From an uncultured Gemmatimonadales bacterium (lineage in GTDB: Bacteria; Gemmatimonadota; Gemmatimonadetes; Gemmatimonadales; GWC2-71-9), in assembly GCA_963842945.1 (NCBI GenBank), contig CAWJIM010000021.1:128001-192000 (forward strand): a DNA stretch of 64,000 bases, read 5' to 3'. The translations under genes were made by a program, and so were the position numbers. The notes below the pieces were generated by a model. The model did not search any database. It had not been told where the DNA came from and was given only the letters and a program-made list of their open reading frames with translations. Shown here piece by piece: positions 31,034 through 41,232 of this stretch. The first letter of the stretch is position 1; each line of letters begins with the position of its first letter.

Positions 31034-32239
31034 AGGTAGCTCAGCAACCTGCCGTATTCCTCCACCATCTGCCGCACCAGCGGCATCGATCCGGAGAACA
31101 GAAGGAAGCCCGCTGCCGCAGTGAGGCCCACCCCAAAGGGGAGATACCCCTGAGACTGGAGGCCTTCAGCAGTGGGCGGCGAGGCAATCAGGGTGGCTCG
31201 GCGTGCGGACCACAGTGCTGCGATCACGATGATCACTCCCGAACGTAAAACGCGGAATAGACAAACCAGCGCCCGCGGCGACGGCAATGCCGGCTCCGAG
31301 AAGTCCCATCACCCTCACCCAGGCTTGCCCAGCCATACGTCGCGGCAGCAGGAGACCCACGTAGTATGCCAGGCCGGCTCCCAGCAATCCTTGAAACAGA
31401 GCGTTCAATACTTCATTCAAGTGATGTGTCGCCATAGCGAGCGCCAGCAACACGAGCGGCACCGCACCCGCAAGCAGGAGTCGGAGGACCAATCCCCAGC
31501 GGAAGCCGGGCTCCCCAGCTTCCGACTTCTCCAGCGGGAGCATGACGGGAGGGGAATGCCGCGACCAGACCGCGGCAAGGAGAAACAGCACCGTGCTGAT
31601 GACGGCCCCAAGGAGAAGTACCGGTACGATCGCTTCCCATCCGAGAAAGGCTCCAATCATCCCCATCAGCGCACAATCACCGCCCCCCATCGCCTCCTGC
31701 CCGATGGCCATTTCGGAGACTTCACCGATCAGGAGCACGGCACCGGCACCGACCAAAGCTCCCTGCAGACTCGGGACCAAAAGGGAGGAATCCGACCAGG
31801 TAGCGAGAACCACAGCGAGCAGAGTTCCGCCCAGCGAAAACTCGTGAGGGATGATGTACTCCCGCGCGTCGGTCATGGCGATGCCGAGCAGAATCGTTCC
31901 AAACAGCGCGCCCCGCAGAGTCTCGAGTGTCACCCCGTACCTCCAGGCCATGTAGGCCCAGATGCCGGCCGTGGCCAGCTCGATCAGCGGATACTGCGCC
32001 GAGATCGGCTCGCCGCACCCACGGCAACGAGCCCGGAGAATCAACCAGGAGAGCACGGGGATGTTGTCGTACCACGCCAGCGCCCGGCCGCAGCGGGGGC
32101 AGCGAGACCGGGGGTGAACCACCGACTGCTTCGGCTCCGCTCCCCAACGCAGGATGCACACATTCAGGAAGCTGCCGATCATCGCTCCGAGGAGCGCGGC
32201 CACCACGATCTCGAATCCAAGAGGAAGGTCAGCGAGCAC
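31030..32239 (-). CDS. pilD: Prepilin peptidase (A24A) with extra membrane segment; frameshift near 31240
   Basis: GSFLNVCI.R, RSRCPRC, WYDNIPVLSW..RARCRGC; catalytic TDAREY and MGGGD; terminal YLPFGVGL. Confidence 0.88.
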
Positions 32240-33011
32240 GGGTGACCTCGTACAACAGGATGCCGGCGGCAACCGCCACGTTGAGCGACTCCACCCCGCG
32301 GGCCAGCGGGATGGCGACGCGCCGGTCGGCCGCCAGCTCCAGAGCCGGGCTCGCGCCGGCGCCCTCGTTCCCCAGCACCAGCGCCACCGGCGCGCGGTCG
32401 GGGCTGCTGCCCCGCAATTGCTCGACTCTCTCGCCCGCTGCGTCGGCCACCCAGATCTCCGATCGTTGAAGGCGGGACCACGCCACGAACTCCTCAGCCG
32501 TGGCCGAGACCGTCGGTAGCTTGAAGCTCGCGCCCATCGCCGAGCGCAACACTTTCGGATTGGTCAGATCGGCCGTCCCCTTCAGCGCGACCACTCCCGC
32601 GGCGCCAAGTCCTAACGCGGTGCGCACAATGGTGCCCACGTTGCCCGGGTCCTGCACCCCATCGAGCACCAGCAGCGTCGTTCCGGAGAGCAGCTGGAGG
32701 TCCACCCAGCTCCAACGCCTGGGCTCGATCACGGCGATCACGCCCTGGGGATGCTCGGTATCGGCCAGGGCCTCCAGCTCAGTCTCGCTGACGTCTTCCA
32801 CTCGGACGCCGCGGCCGGCCAGCGCCGCCTTGAGAGAGTTCCCCCGGGTGGTACTTTCCAGCGTCGCAGAAACCGCCGCACCGCGAATCACAATGCCGCC
32901 GGCGAGCGCCTCCTCGACGAGACGAACGCCTTCGGCCAGGGCCAATCCGCGCCGTTCCCTGCCGCGGCGGCGGTGCAGGTCTCGAATCAGCGTCTGGAGG
33001 GAGCTGTTCAT
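32229..33011 (-). CDS. TrmH/SpoU family RNA methyltransferase
   Basis: [38 protein letters not shown] at 33011. Confidence 0.93.
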   Translation of the reverse strand: MNSSLQTLIRDLHRRRGRERRGLALAEGVRLVEEALAGGIVIRGAAVSATLESTTRGNSLKAALAGRGVRVEDVSETELEALADTEHPQGVIAVIEPRRWSWVDLQLLSGTTLLVLDGVQDPGNVGTIVRTALGLGAAGVVALKGTADLTNPKVLRSAMGASFKLPTVSATAEEFVAWSRLQRSEIWVADAAGERVEQLRGSSPDRAPVALVLGNEGAGASPALELAADRRVAIPLARGVESLNVAVAAGILLYEVTRAR

Positions 33012-33026
33012 GCCGGTGCTCACCCG

Positions 33027-33825
33027 ATGAAGATCGCCCTCACCATTGCCGGATCGGATTCCGGCGGCGGCGCCGGGATCCAGGCGGACCTGAAAACCTT
33101 CCAGCAATTCGGCGTTTTCGGGACTTCGGTGATCGTCGCCCTGACCGCCCAGAATACCCGGCAGGTTCGCGCGGTCGAGAGCGTCCCCGAAAACATGGTG
33201 ACCGAACAACTCACCGCGCTGGCGGAGGATCTTCCGCCTGCAGCGCTCAAGACCGGCATGCTGGCCGAAGCCCCGCTGGTCCGGCTGGTGGCGCGCGCCA
33301 TCCGGGAAAACGGCTGGGGCCCGCTGGTGGTCGATCCGGTCATGGTGGCCACCTCGGGGACCCGCCTCCTGAGCACTGAGGCCGAAGAGGTGGTGCGGGA
33401 GGATCTGCTTCCGCTAGCCGCTCTGGTGACCCCGAACCTGGACGAGGCCGCGATCCTGACCGGCCGCGTGGTGCACGATGCGACCGACCATGGAGCGGGC
33501 CGGCTCGACGCTGTTGCGGTTCGGCGCCGGAGCAGCCCTCATCAAGGGAGGCCATCTCCGCGGGCCGGTGCTGACCGACATCCTGGTGACGCCATCCGGA
33601 ATCCGCCGCTTCACCCGGGCCCGGATCGACACCGCGTCGATCCACGGCACCGGGTGCACCCTGTCAGCGGCGATCACTGCCGGACTCGCGCTGGGCCGGC
33701 CGCTGGAGCGGGCGGTGGAGGATGGGCTGGACTTCGTCCATCGCGCAATCGCGGCGGCGCCGGGACTGGGCAGCGGACACGGTCCGCTCAATCACACCGT
33801 GGACGCTCCTAAAGCTTCGCAATGA
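33027..33825 (+). CDS. thiD: Hydroxymethylpyrimidine/phosphomethylpyrimidine kinase (frameshift near 33485)
   Basis: [47 protein letters not shown]. Confidence 0.93.
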
Positions 33826-34617
33826 TTCCTTCGACCAGTCCTGCCAGCTGGCCCCCGACCCGGCGAGCCGCCTCCATCACTTCGATATGATCGAGCTTCT
33901 GCGGCAGAATCCCGGCGGCCGCATTACTGACCACGGAGATTCCCAGGCAGCGAATCCCCCGAGCCCGGGCGGTGATGACTTCGAGCACGGTAGACATTCC
34001 CACGGCATCGGCGCCGAGCCGCTCCAGCATACGGATCTCTGCCGGTGTCTCGTAGCTGGGGCCGAGCAGCTGGACGTAGACCCCATCCTGCAGGGCGAGG
34101 TGTTGCTCCTGCGCCGCCTCATGCGCCAGGGCGCGAAGCGACCGATCGTACGGCTCGGACATGTCGGGGAACCGCTCCTCCCCCGGCAGCACCGGTCCGA
34201 TCAGCGGGTTACGAAAGGTCAAGTTCATATGGTCGTTGATCAGCATCAGGGCGCCCGACGTCAAGCTTCGGCGGATTCCACCTGCGGCATTAGTGAGGAT
34301 CAGAGTCTCGATGCCCAGGTTGGCAAAGGCCCGGATGGGGAGGGCGGTAACGCTCGCCTGGTGACCCTCATATAGATGGAAGCGTCCGCTCTGGGCCAGG
34401 ACCTCCTTGCCCGCGAGCTTGCCGATCACCAGTTCGCCGCCGTGTCCAATCACGGTGGTCTCGGGAAATCCCGGGATGTCTCCGTAGGGGATTCTGACGG
34501 CTTCCCCGATCCGGTCGGCCAGTCCACCCAAACCGGACCCCAGCACGACCGCCACCTGGGCCGCCGTGAGCCAATTCTCGCTCGTATCGCTTCTGCCGCT
34601 GCTTCGATGTCGTTCAC
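33809..34617 (-). CDS. Purine-nucleoside phosphorylase (trimeric type); frameshift near 34558
   Basis: [36 protein letters not shown]. Confidence 0.93.
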
Positions 34618-34640
34618 CGAATCATGTTGTGAGGGTTTTC

Positions 34641-34972
34641 GCGACTGGCGCGGGCTCCTCCGGGCGCTGCAGCACTCGCCGGTCGGAGCCCGGCAGATTG
34701 AGCAGATGCAGGGTCCCGAACCAGAGCCGGTCTCCTCCCCTCGTGCTGACGCGCCCTGTGGAGCCCCACGCCAGTCGCTATCACTCGCTTTTCACTAGTG
34801 CGACACGTCTGACCGCATCCTTTATATCACCGGAGCTGGAGTCTGCTCCGGAGGGGCGCGTCAGCACGAGGGGAGGAGACCGGGATTGCCTCGAGGACTG
34901 TCGAGCGATGAGGAGTCCCCGGGCTCCGACCGTCGAGTGCTGCAGCGCCTCGGAGGAGCAGCTCCAGCTCCG
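34641..34972. repeat. Two ~140-bp self-folding elements in inverted orientation
   Basis: Copy A 34641-34778 and copy B 34831-34972; perfect 30-bp inverted repeat 34727-34756/34854-34883 and a near-perfect ~40-bp one at about 34653-34693/34919-34959. Confidence 0.85.
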
Positions 34973-34987
34973 TTCACTGACACCGTG

Positions 34988-36405
34988 TCACAGCAAAATC
35001 CCGGCGATGGTCGCCGACAAGAAATTCGCCAGCGTCCCCGCGAGCATCGCGCGGATCCCCAGACGGGCGAGGTCACGCTTGCGCTCCGGCACCAGCGCCC
35101 CGATGCCGCCCAGTTGAATACCCACCGAGCTGAAGTTGGCGAATCCCGCCAGCGCAAACGACGCAATGGTGAATGACCGCGGGTCGAGCTGCTCCTTCAT
35201 CGGCCCCAGCTGGGAGTAGGCGATGAACTCGTTGAGAACCATCCGGGTGCCGAGCAGGCTTCCAATGGTCCCACTGTCGTGCCAGGGTACGCCCATGACC
35301 CAGGCGATCGGACGAAAGATCCAGCCGAGCACGGTCTGCAGGTCGCGAGGGAACCAGTTGATGTAGCCGTGAATCGCAGCAAAGCCTCCGTTGAGCAGCG
35401 CGACCAGGGCCACGAACGACACCAGCATCGCGATCACGTTCAGCATCAGGTTCAAGCCCTCGCTGGTGCCCCTGGCGGCGGCGTCGAGCAGGTTCACGTC
35501 CTGCTTGGGCATGTCGAGCTTCACCTTGCCGTAGGTCTCCGGCACTTCGGTCTCGGGCTCGAACAGCTTGGCCATCATGATGGTGCCAGGGGCGGTCATG
35601 ATTACCGCGGTCAGCAGATGCCGGGCCTCGATCCCAAAGGCGATGTACGCCACCATGATCGAGCCCGAGATGTGAGCCATCCCCGAGGTCATCACCGTCA
35701 TCAGCTCGGAGCGGGTCATCCGCGCAAGGAAGGGCCGAATGGTGAGCGGCGCCTCGGTCTGACCCATGAAGATCGACGCCGCCACGTTGAGGCTTTCGGC
35801 TCCGCTCGCGCCCATCACCCGGCTCATCAGAATGGCGAAGGCGCGCACGATGAGCTGCATGATGCCGAGGTAGTACATGATGGCAAACAGCGCGCTGACG
35901 AAGATGATCGCGGGCAGAAGCTGGAACGCGAAGATCACGCCCAGGCTGGAGTTCGGCTTACCCAGCTCGCCGAAGACGAACTGGGAGCCGATGTAGGAGT
36001 AGTTGAGGATTCCGGTGACGAAGCTGCCCAGCGCGCGAAACAGCTGTTGGCCGGCGGGAATGCGGAGCACAAAGATGGCGAACAGGAGCTGCAGGGTGAG
36101 CCCCCAGGCCACCACCCGCCAGCGGATCTGTCGCCGGTTGTGCGACAGGGCGATCGCGATCGCCACCAGGGCGACGATACCGAAGAGGCCGGTGAGCCGC
36201 GAGCCGAGGCTCTGGGACTGGTGGACCGGCGTGAGATCGGGCTTGGGCGGCTGGAGCACCTGCGTGTCGCGCTGAACCCGAACGCTGTGCCTGGGTCTGG
36301 GCCACCAGCCCGCTGACCCCGCGCCAGGTGAGCCCCGGAATCATCCAGGAAGAGAGGAGCGCGGCGACGAGCAGGAGAGTGCCGAAGAAGCCAGCGTAGT
36401 CGCAT
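34988..36405 (-). CDS. nupC: NupC/CNT concentrative nucleoside transporter (frameshift near 36265)
   Basis: IFMGQTEAPLTIRP, VLNEFIAY, GFANFSSVGI. Confidence 0.92.
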
Positions 36406-36410
36406 GGAAG

Positions 36411-36457
36411 GGATCCTTCGCTTCGCTCAGGATGACAGCCGGGGGCTCAGGATGACA
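36411..36457. repeat. REP-like element plus partial tandem copy
   Basis: GGATCCTTCGCTTCGCTCAGGATGACA followed by GCTCAGGATGACA. Confidence 0.75.
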
Positions 36458-36478
36458 CCGCGTCTGGCAACGCTCAGC

Positions 36479-36518
36479 GACTCGTGACTCGTGACTCGCG
36501 ACTCGTGACTCGTGACTC
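36479..36518. repeat. Heptamer tandem repeat (GACTCGT)n
   Basis: gactcgt gactcgt gactcgc gactcgt gactcgt gactc. Confidence 0.9.
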
Positions 36519-36522
36519 TTGC

Positions 36523-37551
36523 CTATAACGCCGCCAATTCCTCCCTCGCGCGCGCTACCAGCTTCTGTCTCTCCGGCCAGGGCAGAAACGCGCTCTCGAA
36601 GCCATTGAGAATCAGCCGGTCGATCTCGTCGCGGGTGAAGCCCAGCTCGGTGTGCGCCAGCCAGTATTCGTCACTCAGGGAGACGCCGGTCATCAGCCAG
36701 CCATCGGTGCACAAGGTGACGTTGAGCCCGGCGTCGAAGTACTCGCGCACCGGATGGTCCGACGCCCGGGGCACCGCGCGAGTCTGAATGTTGCTGGTGA
36801 TATTGATCTCCACCGGAATCCGCCGGTCCCGGATGTACTCCATGCAGCGTCCGGCTGTCTCCGATCCGGGTGCCGTGGCCGATCCGGTTGGCATGGCAGA
36901 GGGCGATCGCCTCCGCCACCGACTCCGGCCCGGCGGCTTCGCCCGCGTGCACCGTGATGCCGAGATATCCCTTCTGTGCCAGGTCGAAGGCAGCCTTGTG
37001 CCGGCCCGGCGGGCCGGCCCGCCTCGCCGCCGGCCAGATCGAACGCCACCACGCCCCGGTCCCGGTGCTCCACCGAGCAGCCGTGCGATCTCCGACTGAG
37101 ACGGCGGGGTCATAGTGCCGGAGCGAGCAGTTGATTACCCGGGCCACCACGCCAAACTCGCGCTCTCCCCGCGCAAGACCCGCGCAGCTCGGCTTCGATG
37201 ACCTGATCCAGCGTCAGTCCCTGCCGCCGGCTCAGCTCGGGGCAGTAGCGAACCTCGAGATAGCGCAGGTTGTCGCGGGCGGCATCCTCCACCATCTCGT
37301 AGGCCACCCGCTCGATCGCCTCGGGAGTCTGCAGCAGGGGGATGGTATAATCGAACCGGCGGAGATAGTCCTCGAGGTCGCCGGCGTCGTCGACCAGCAT
37401 GAACCTCCGGAGCGGGTCGGGGCTCGCTCGCGGGCAGCTCGATCTTCGCCTGGCGTGCCAGGTCGATCATCGTTTCGGCCCGGAGACAGCTGTCGAGATG
37501 CACGTGCAGCTCCGCCTTGGGCAGGCGCCCGATCAGCTCACGTGTCAGCAT
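36523..37551 (-). CDS. add: Adenosine deaminase (several frameshifts)
   Basis: LPKAELHVHLD, YLEVRYCP, TVHAGEAAG, RIGHG, VTLCTD. Confidence 0.92.
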
Positions 37552-37774
37552 TGCTTCCCCGCCTGGCCCGCACCACCACCCGAAGGATGGCCCCACTCGC
37601 CAGGATCTGGTCCGGATCGACCTCGATCCCCCGTCCATCGGTGACATAGGCCTCGCCGGCGATCACCCGGTCGCTCAGTGCAGGGTCGAACCGCCGCAGC
37701 GCCTCGGCCGCGGTAGAGCCGGCGGGCAGATCCACCAGCGCGGAGTTCACGAAGACCCGGATGTCGGGAAGCAT
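37538..37774 (-). CDS. Small beta-grasp (ThiS/MoaD-like) protein lacking the C-terminal GG
   Basis: IRVFVNSALVDLPAGSTAAEAL...ILASGAILRVV; overlaps the add start. Confidence 0.55.
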   Translation of the reverse strand: MLPDIRVFVNSALVDLPAGSTAAEALRRFDPALSDRVIAGEAYVTDGRGIEVDPDQILASGAILRVVVRARRGSNADT

Positions 37775-37914
37775 GGCCGGGAAATATCAGAGGGGAAGGC
37801 AGATGCGCAAAGGCGGCGGGATAACCATTCCGTGACAGACCTGTGACCGCGCGACAATGTGGCCGGACTAGCATTCTCGGCGACGGGGTTCACCCACTAC
37901 ACCAAAAGGCGACA

Positions 37915-38351
37915 ATGTTGCTCTCCCGGTGCTCAGCGATCTGTCGTCTGCTCCCGCTTGCCCTGGCGATTGCCGGCTGCAGCGGACTTCAGGCCGGTCC
38001 CGAGACATCCAGCGTGACCCCGGTTCCCGCTTCACGCGACTCGGCCTTCGTCCGGGCTCGCCGCGCGCTGCAGGGCGAATCGTTCACCCTCGACCTGGTG
38101 GACTCGACCGGTGGTCGTCTGAGCGGTACCCGGTGGCCCGGTTCCAACGCCCAGCTGGGCACCGCCACCGCCTGCCACGTCAACGTCGCCCTGACGATCC
38201 GGGGCGACGCCAACAGCTCCGAGGTGGCTTCGACCAGCCGGTGGATAGCTCCGAGCAGCATGAGCGAGAAATCCCCAAGGTCTGCGAGCAGGAGCGCAGC
38301 CAGGTGCTGGACCGGACGAATCAGGTGCTGGTCCCACCCCCCACACCATAA
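37915..38351 (+). CDS. Hypothetical lipoprotein (frameshift near 38270)
   Basis: Lipobox LAIAGC; ends ..KVCEQERSQVLDRTNQVLVPPPTP in the second frame. Confidence 0.6.
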
Positions 38352-38509
38352 CGGAAGAGATTCTGCCCGGGTCAGCGATGAGGAATCCCCGCTACCCGCT
38401 CCGCGTACGAGCCCCCGCAAAGCCTGACCCACCGGCTCCGGAGACGGGCTTACCTGTCCCTCCCGCCCTCCCCCTATATTCGTCCCTACCCTCGAGTACG
38501 GGATTGGGC

Positions 38510-39217
38510 ATGACCCATCGTATCCTCGTCGTGGACGACGAGCCGGATATTACCGCGCTGGTCGCCTACCACCTGGCCAAGGTGGGCTATCGGGTGTCCA
38601 CTGCGGCCAACGGCCCCGACGCGCTGAAAGCGGCGCGGGACGAACGTCCCGATGTCGTGGTGCTGGATCTGATGCTGCCCGGCGTGTCCGGCTACGACGT
38701 GCTGGCGGAGCTTCGCCGCCGGGAGGAAACCAAGGATGTGGGAGTCATTCTCCTCACCGCCCGGCGGGAGGAAACCGACCGGATCCGCGGCTTGTCGCTC
38801 GGCGCCGACGACTACCTGACCAAGCCGTTCTCCCCCCAGGAGCTGTCGCTCCGGGTTGGCGCCCTGCTCCGCCGGCTGGGATCGCCCGCGGTGAGCGCCG
38901 GCTCGACCCTCAGCGCCGGCCCCATCTCCATCGACCGCTCGGCTCACCGCGCGACCCTCCACGGCCGCGAGCTGAACCTCACCGCGACCGAGTACAAGCT
39001 TCTGCTTACCTTGGTGGAACGGCGGGGAAGAGTGCAGAGCCGTCCCCAGTTGCTGGAGATCGTCTGGGAGGCTCAGCCGGACATTCAGACCCGCACGGTG
39101 GACATGCACGTGCAGCGGCTCAGAACCAAGCTGGAGGATGCCGGCAAGTTGATCGAGACCGTGCGAGGATTCGGCTACCGCTTTCGGGGAGGTGAGCGCG
39201 GGGCGCGCAGCAAGTGA
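38510..39217 (+). CDS. phoB: PhoB-like OmpR family response regulator
   Basis: ILVVDDE, LDLMLP, GADDYLTKPF, TRTVDMHVQRLR, ETVRGFGYR; phosphate-gene context. Confidence 0.88.
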   Translation: MTHRILVVDDEPDITALVAYHLAKVGYRVSTAANGPDALKAARDERPDVVVLDLMLPGVSGYDVLAELRRREETKDVGVILLTARREETDRIRGLSLGADDYLTKPFSPQELSLRVGALLRRLGSPAVSAGSTLSAGPISIDRSAHRATLHGRELNLTATEYKLLLTLVERRGRVQSRPQLLEIVWEAQPDIQTRTVDMHVQRLRTKLEDAGKLIETVRGFGYRFRGGERGARSK

Positions 39218-40939
39218 GCTTTGTTCGGCGGCTGGTGCTGGGATCCATATCTGATCCTGGTGTTGACGGTGGGGATCCTCTTTGGACTGGCCGAGCGCTC
39301 TCTCCGCCGGGATCTGGAAACCGACATCGTGCGCTCGCTGGAGAGCGAGGCGCGCCTGGTTCGCGAGGCCCTCCCCGCCGATACCGCGGCATGGCAGGTC
39401 ACCGTACGTCGTCTCGCGTCGCAGACCGGACATCGCATTTCCCTGATCGACCGCCGCGGCTGGGTCCGCGCGGATAGCGACTTTCCGCCCGGCCAGCTGC
39501 CCCCTCTGGAAAACCACAGTAACCGTCCCGAGGTTCAGGCCGCATTGCGTGGAGGGCGCGGAAGCTCCAGCCGGCGGAGCGCCAGCGTCGGCCGACTGCT
39601 GATGTACGTCGCGATACCAGGCCGCCCCGGGGTGGTGCGGGTGGCCGCGGGTCTGGATCAGGTGGACGAAATCGTGAACCGCGCTCAACAGGCGGTGGCC
39701 GGCGCCGCCCTGTTGGCGTTGCTGATCGGGAGCGTGCTCGCGCTCGCCGCCGGCCGTTCGATCGCCCGGCCGCTGGTGGAGATCGGATCGGCCGCCCGGG
39801 CGATTGCCGATGGCGCGCCGCCCCGCTTTCCCCATTCGGGCATTCCCGACATCGATCGCCTGGTGCAGGCGCTCCGGGAGATGCACCGCCAGCTGGCCGA
39901 CCGCTTCGCGGACCTGCGCCGGGAACAGTCGGAATCGGCAGCCCTGGTCGAATCCATGGTGGAAGGGGTCATTGCCGCCGACGTACGCGGCCGCATCGTC
40001 ACCGCCAACTCGGCGGCCCGCCGGATTCTGGGATACAAGTTCGATGAATCGCTGCCCGACTTCCCCGCGCTGTTTCGGGTGAAGGGCGCGCGGGAGGTCG
40101 TCAACCAGGTGATGCGGGGGAAACTGGTGCAGGATCGCGAAGTCGAGATGGAAGACCGCACGCTGTTGATGAACGCGCGCCCGCTGCCGTCGGGCGGGGC
40201 CGTGTTGGTGCTGCACGATCTCACCGAGCTCAGGCGGCTCGAGTCCATGCGGCGCGACTTTGTGGCCAACGTGTCGCACGAGCTCAAGACCCCGCTCACC
40301 TCGATCTCCGGGTACGCCGAGACCCTGCTCAGCGATAATCTCGAGCCCGAGGTGAGCCGACGATTCGTGGCCACCATAGCCGGGAACGCCAAGCGGATGC
40401 AGCGTCTGGTGGACGATCTGCTGGATCTGGCCCGGCTGGAAGCAGGGCGGTGGCAACCCGAGCCCGAGCCGATCAATCTGGCGGCGATCTGCCGGGAAAC
40501 CTGGGATGGACTGGGCGACGGCAACCGGAGGGCAGCAATCGATTATCAGATCGACATCGGGGCCGGGGCCGACGAGCTGATCGCCGATCCCGATGCGGTG
40601 CGCCAGATCCTGACCAATCTGCTGGAGAACTCATCCCGCTATACCCCGGCCGGTGGGCGGATCACCTGCCGCGCCGCGGTAGTCAATTCGGGCATTGCCC
40701 TGAGCGTCGCCGACACCGGTTCCGGCATCATCCCGGACCACCTGCCCCGCATTTTCGAGCGGTTCTATCGCTCAGACCCGGCTCGTTCCCGGGAGCAGGG
40801 AGGCACCGGGCTGGGTCTCGCCATCGTCAAGCATCTGGTCGAAGCCCACGGCGGACGGGTGTCGGCGCAGAGCGAGCTGGGTGTCGGCACCACCATCACC
40901 TGCTGGTTTCGGGCCGATCAGGCACGGCAAAATCTTTAA
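39214..40939 (+). CDS. phoR: PhoR-like sensor histidine kinase (HAMP-PAS-HisKA-HATPase); frameshift near 39250
   Basis: ENHSNRPEV, RDFVANVSHELKTPLTSI, IFERFYR, GGTGLGLAIVKH. Confidence 0.88.
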
Positions 40940-41166
40940 GGGCCACTGAAGCGGCCGGAGACTCATGCTGCAGCCGGCGTGGCCGCAACTCCGCAGACCT
41001 CACGGTAGCTTCGATCCAGTCGCTCCATCTCTCGCTCCCAGGACCGGAAAACTCTTTAGCTTGGATTCCACGATCGACGCGAGGAGGCGTGAATTTCTGC
41101 CTGACTCCGAACCCAGCACGTAAGTCCGCCCACCGCAGATACCTAGACCTTGGCCGGCTAACCGAT

Positions 41167-41183
41167 CGTTACCCATTCGTGAC
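41167..41183 (+). promoter_or_regulatory. Candidate Pho box upstream of ppx
   Basis: CGTTAC-N5-CGTGAC, an 11-bp-phased direct repeat 50 bp before the ppx ATG. Confidence 0.5.
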
Positions 41184-41232
41184 GAAGGGGACTGGCGCGA
41201 AAGCCGAAGTAAGTCGAATCTACAAACCAGCT

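Noticed and set aside
36411..36518. Possible CRISPR array
   Set aside because: The repeats are tandem heptamers or dispersed palindromes without unique regularly sized spacers, and there are no cas genes.
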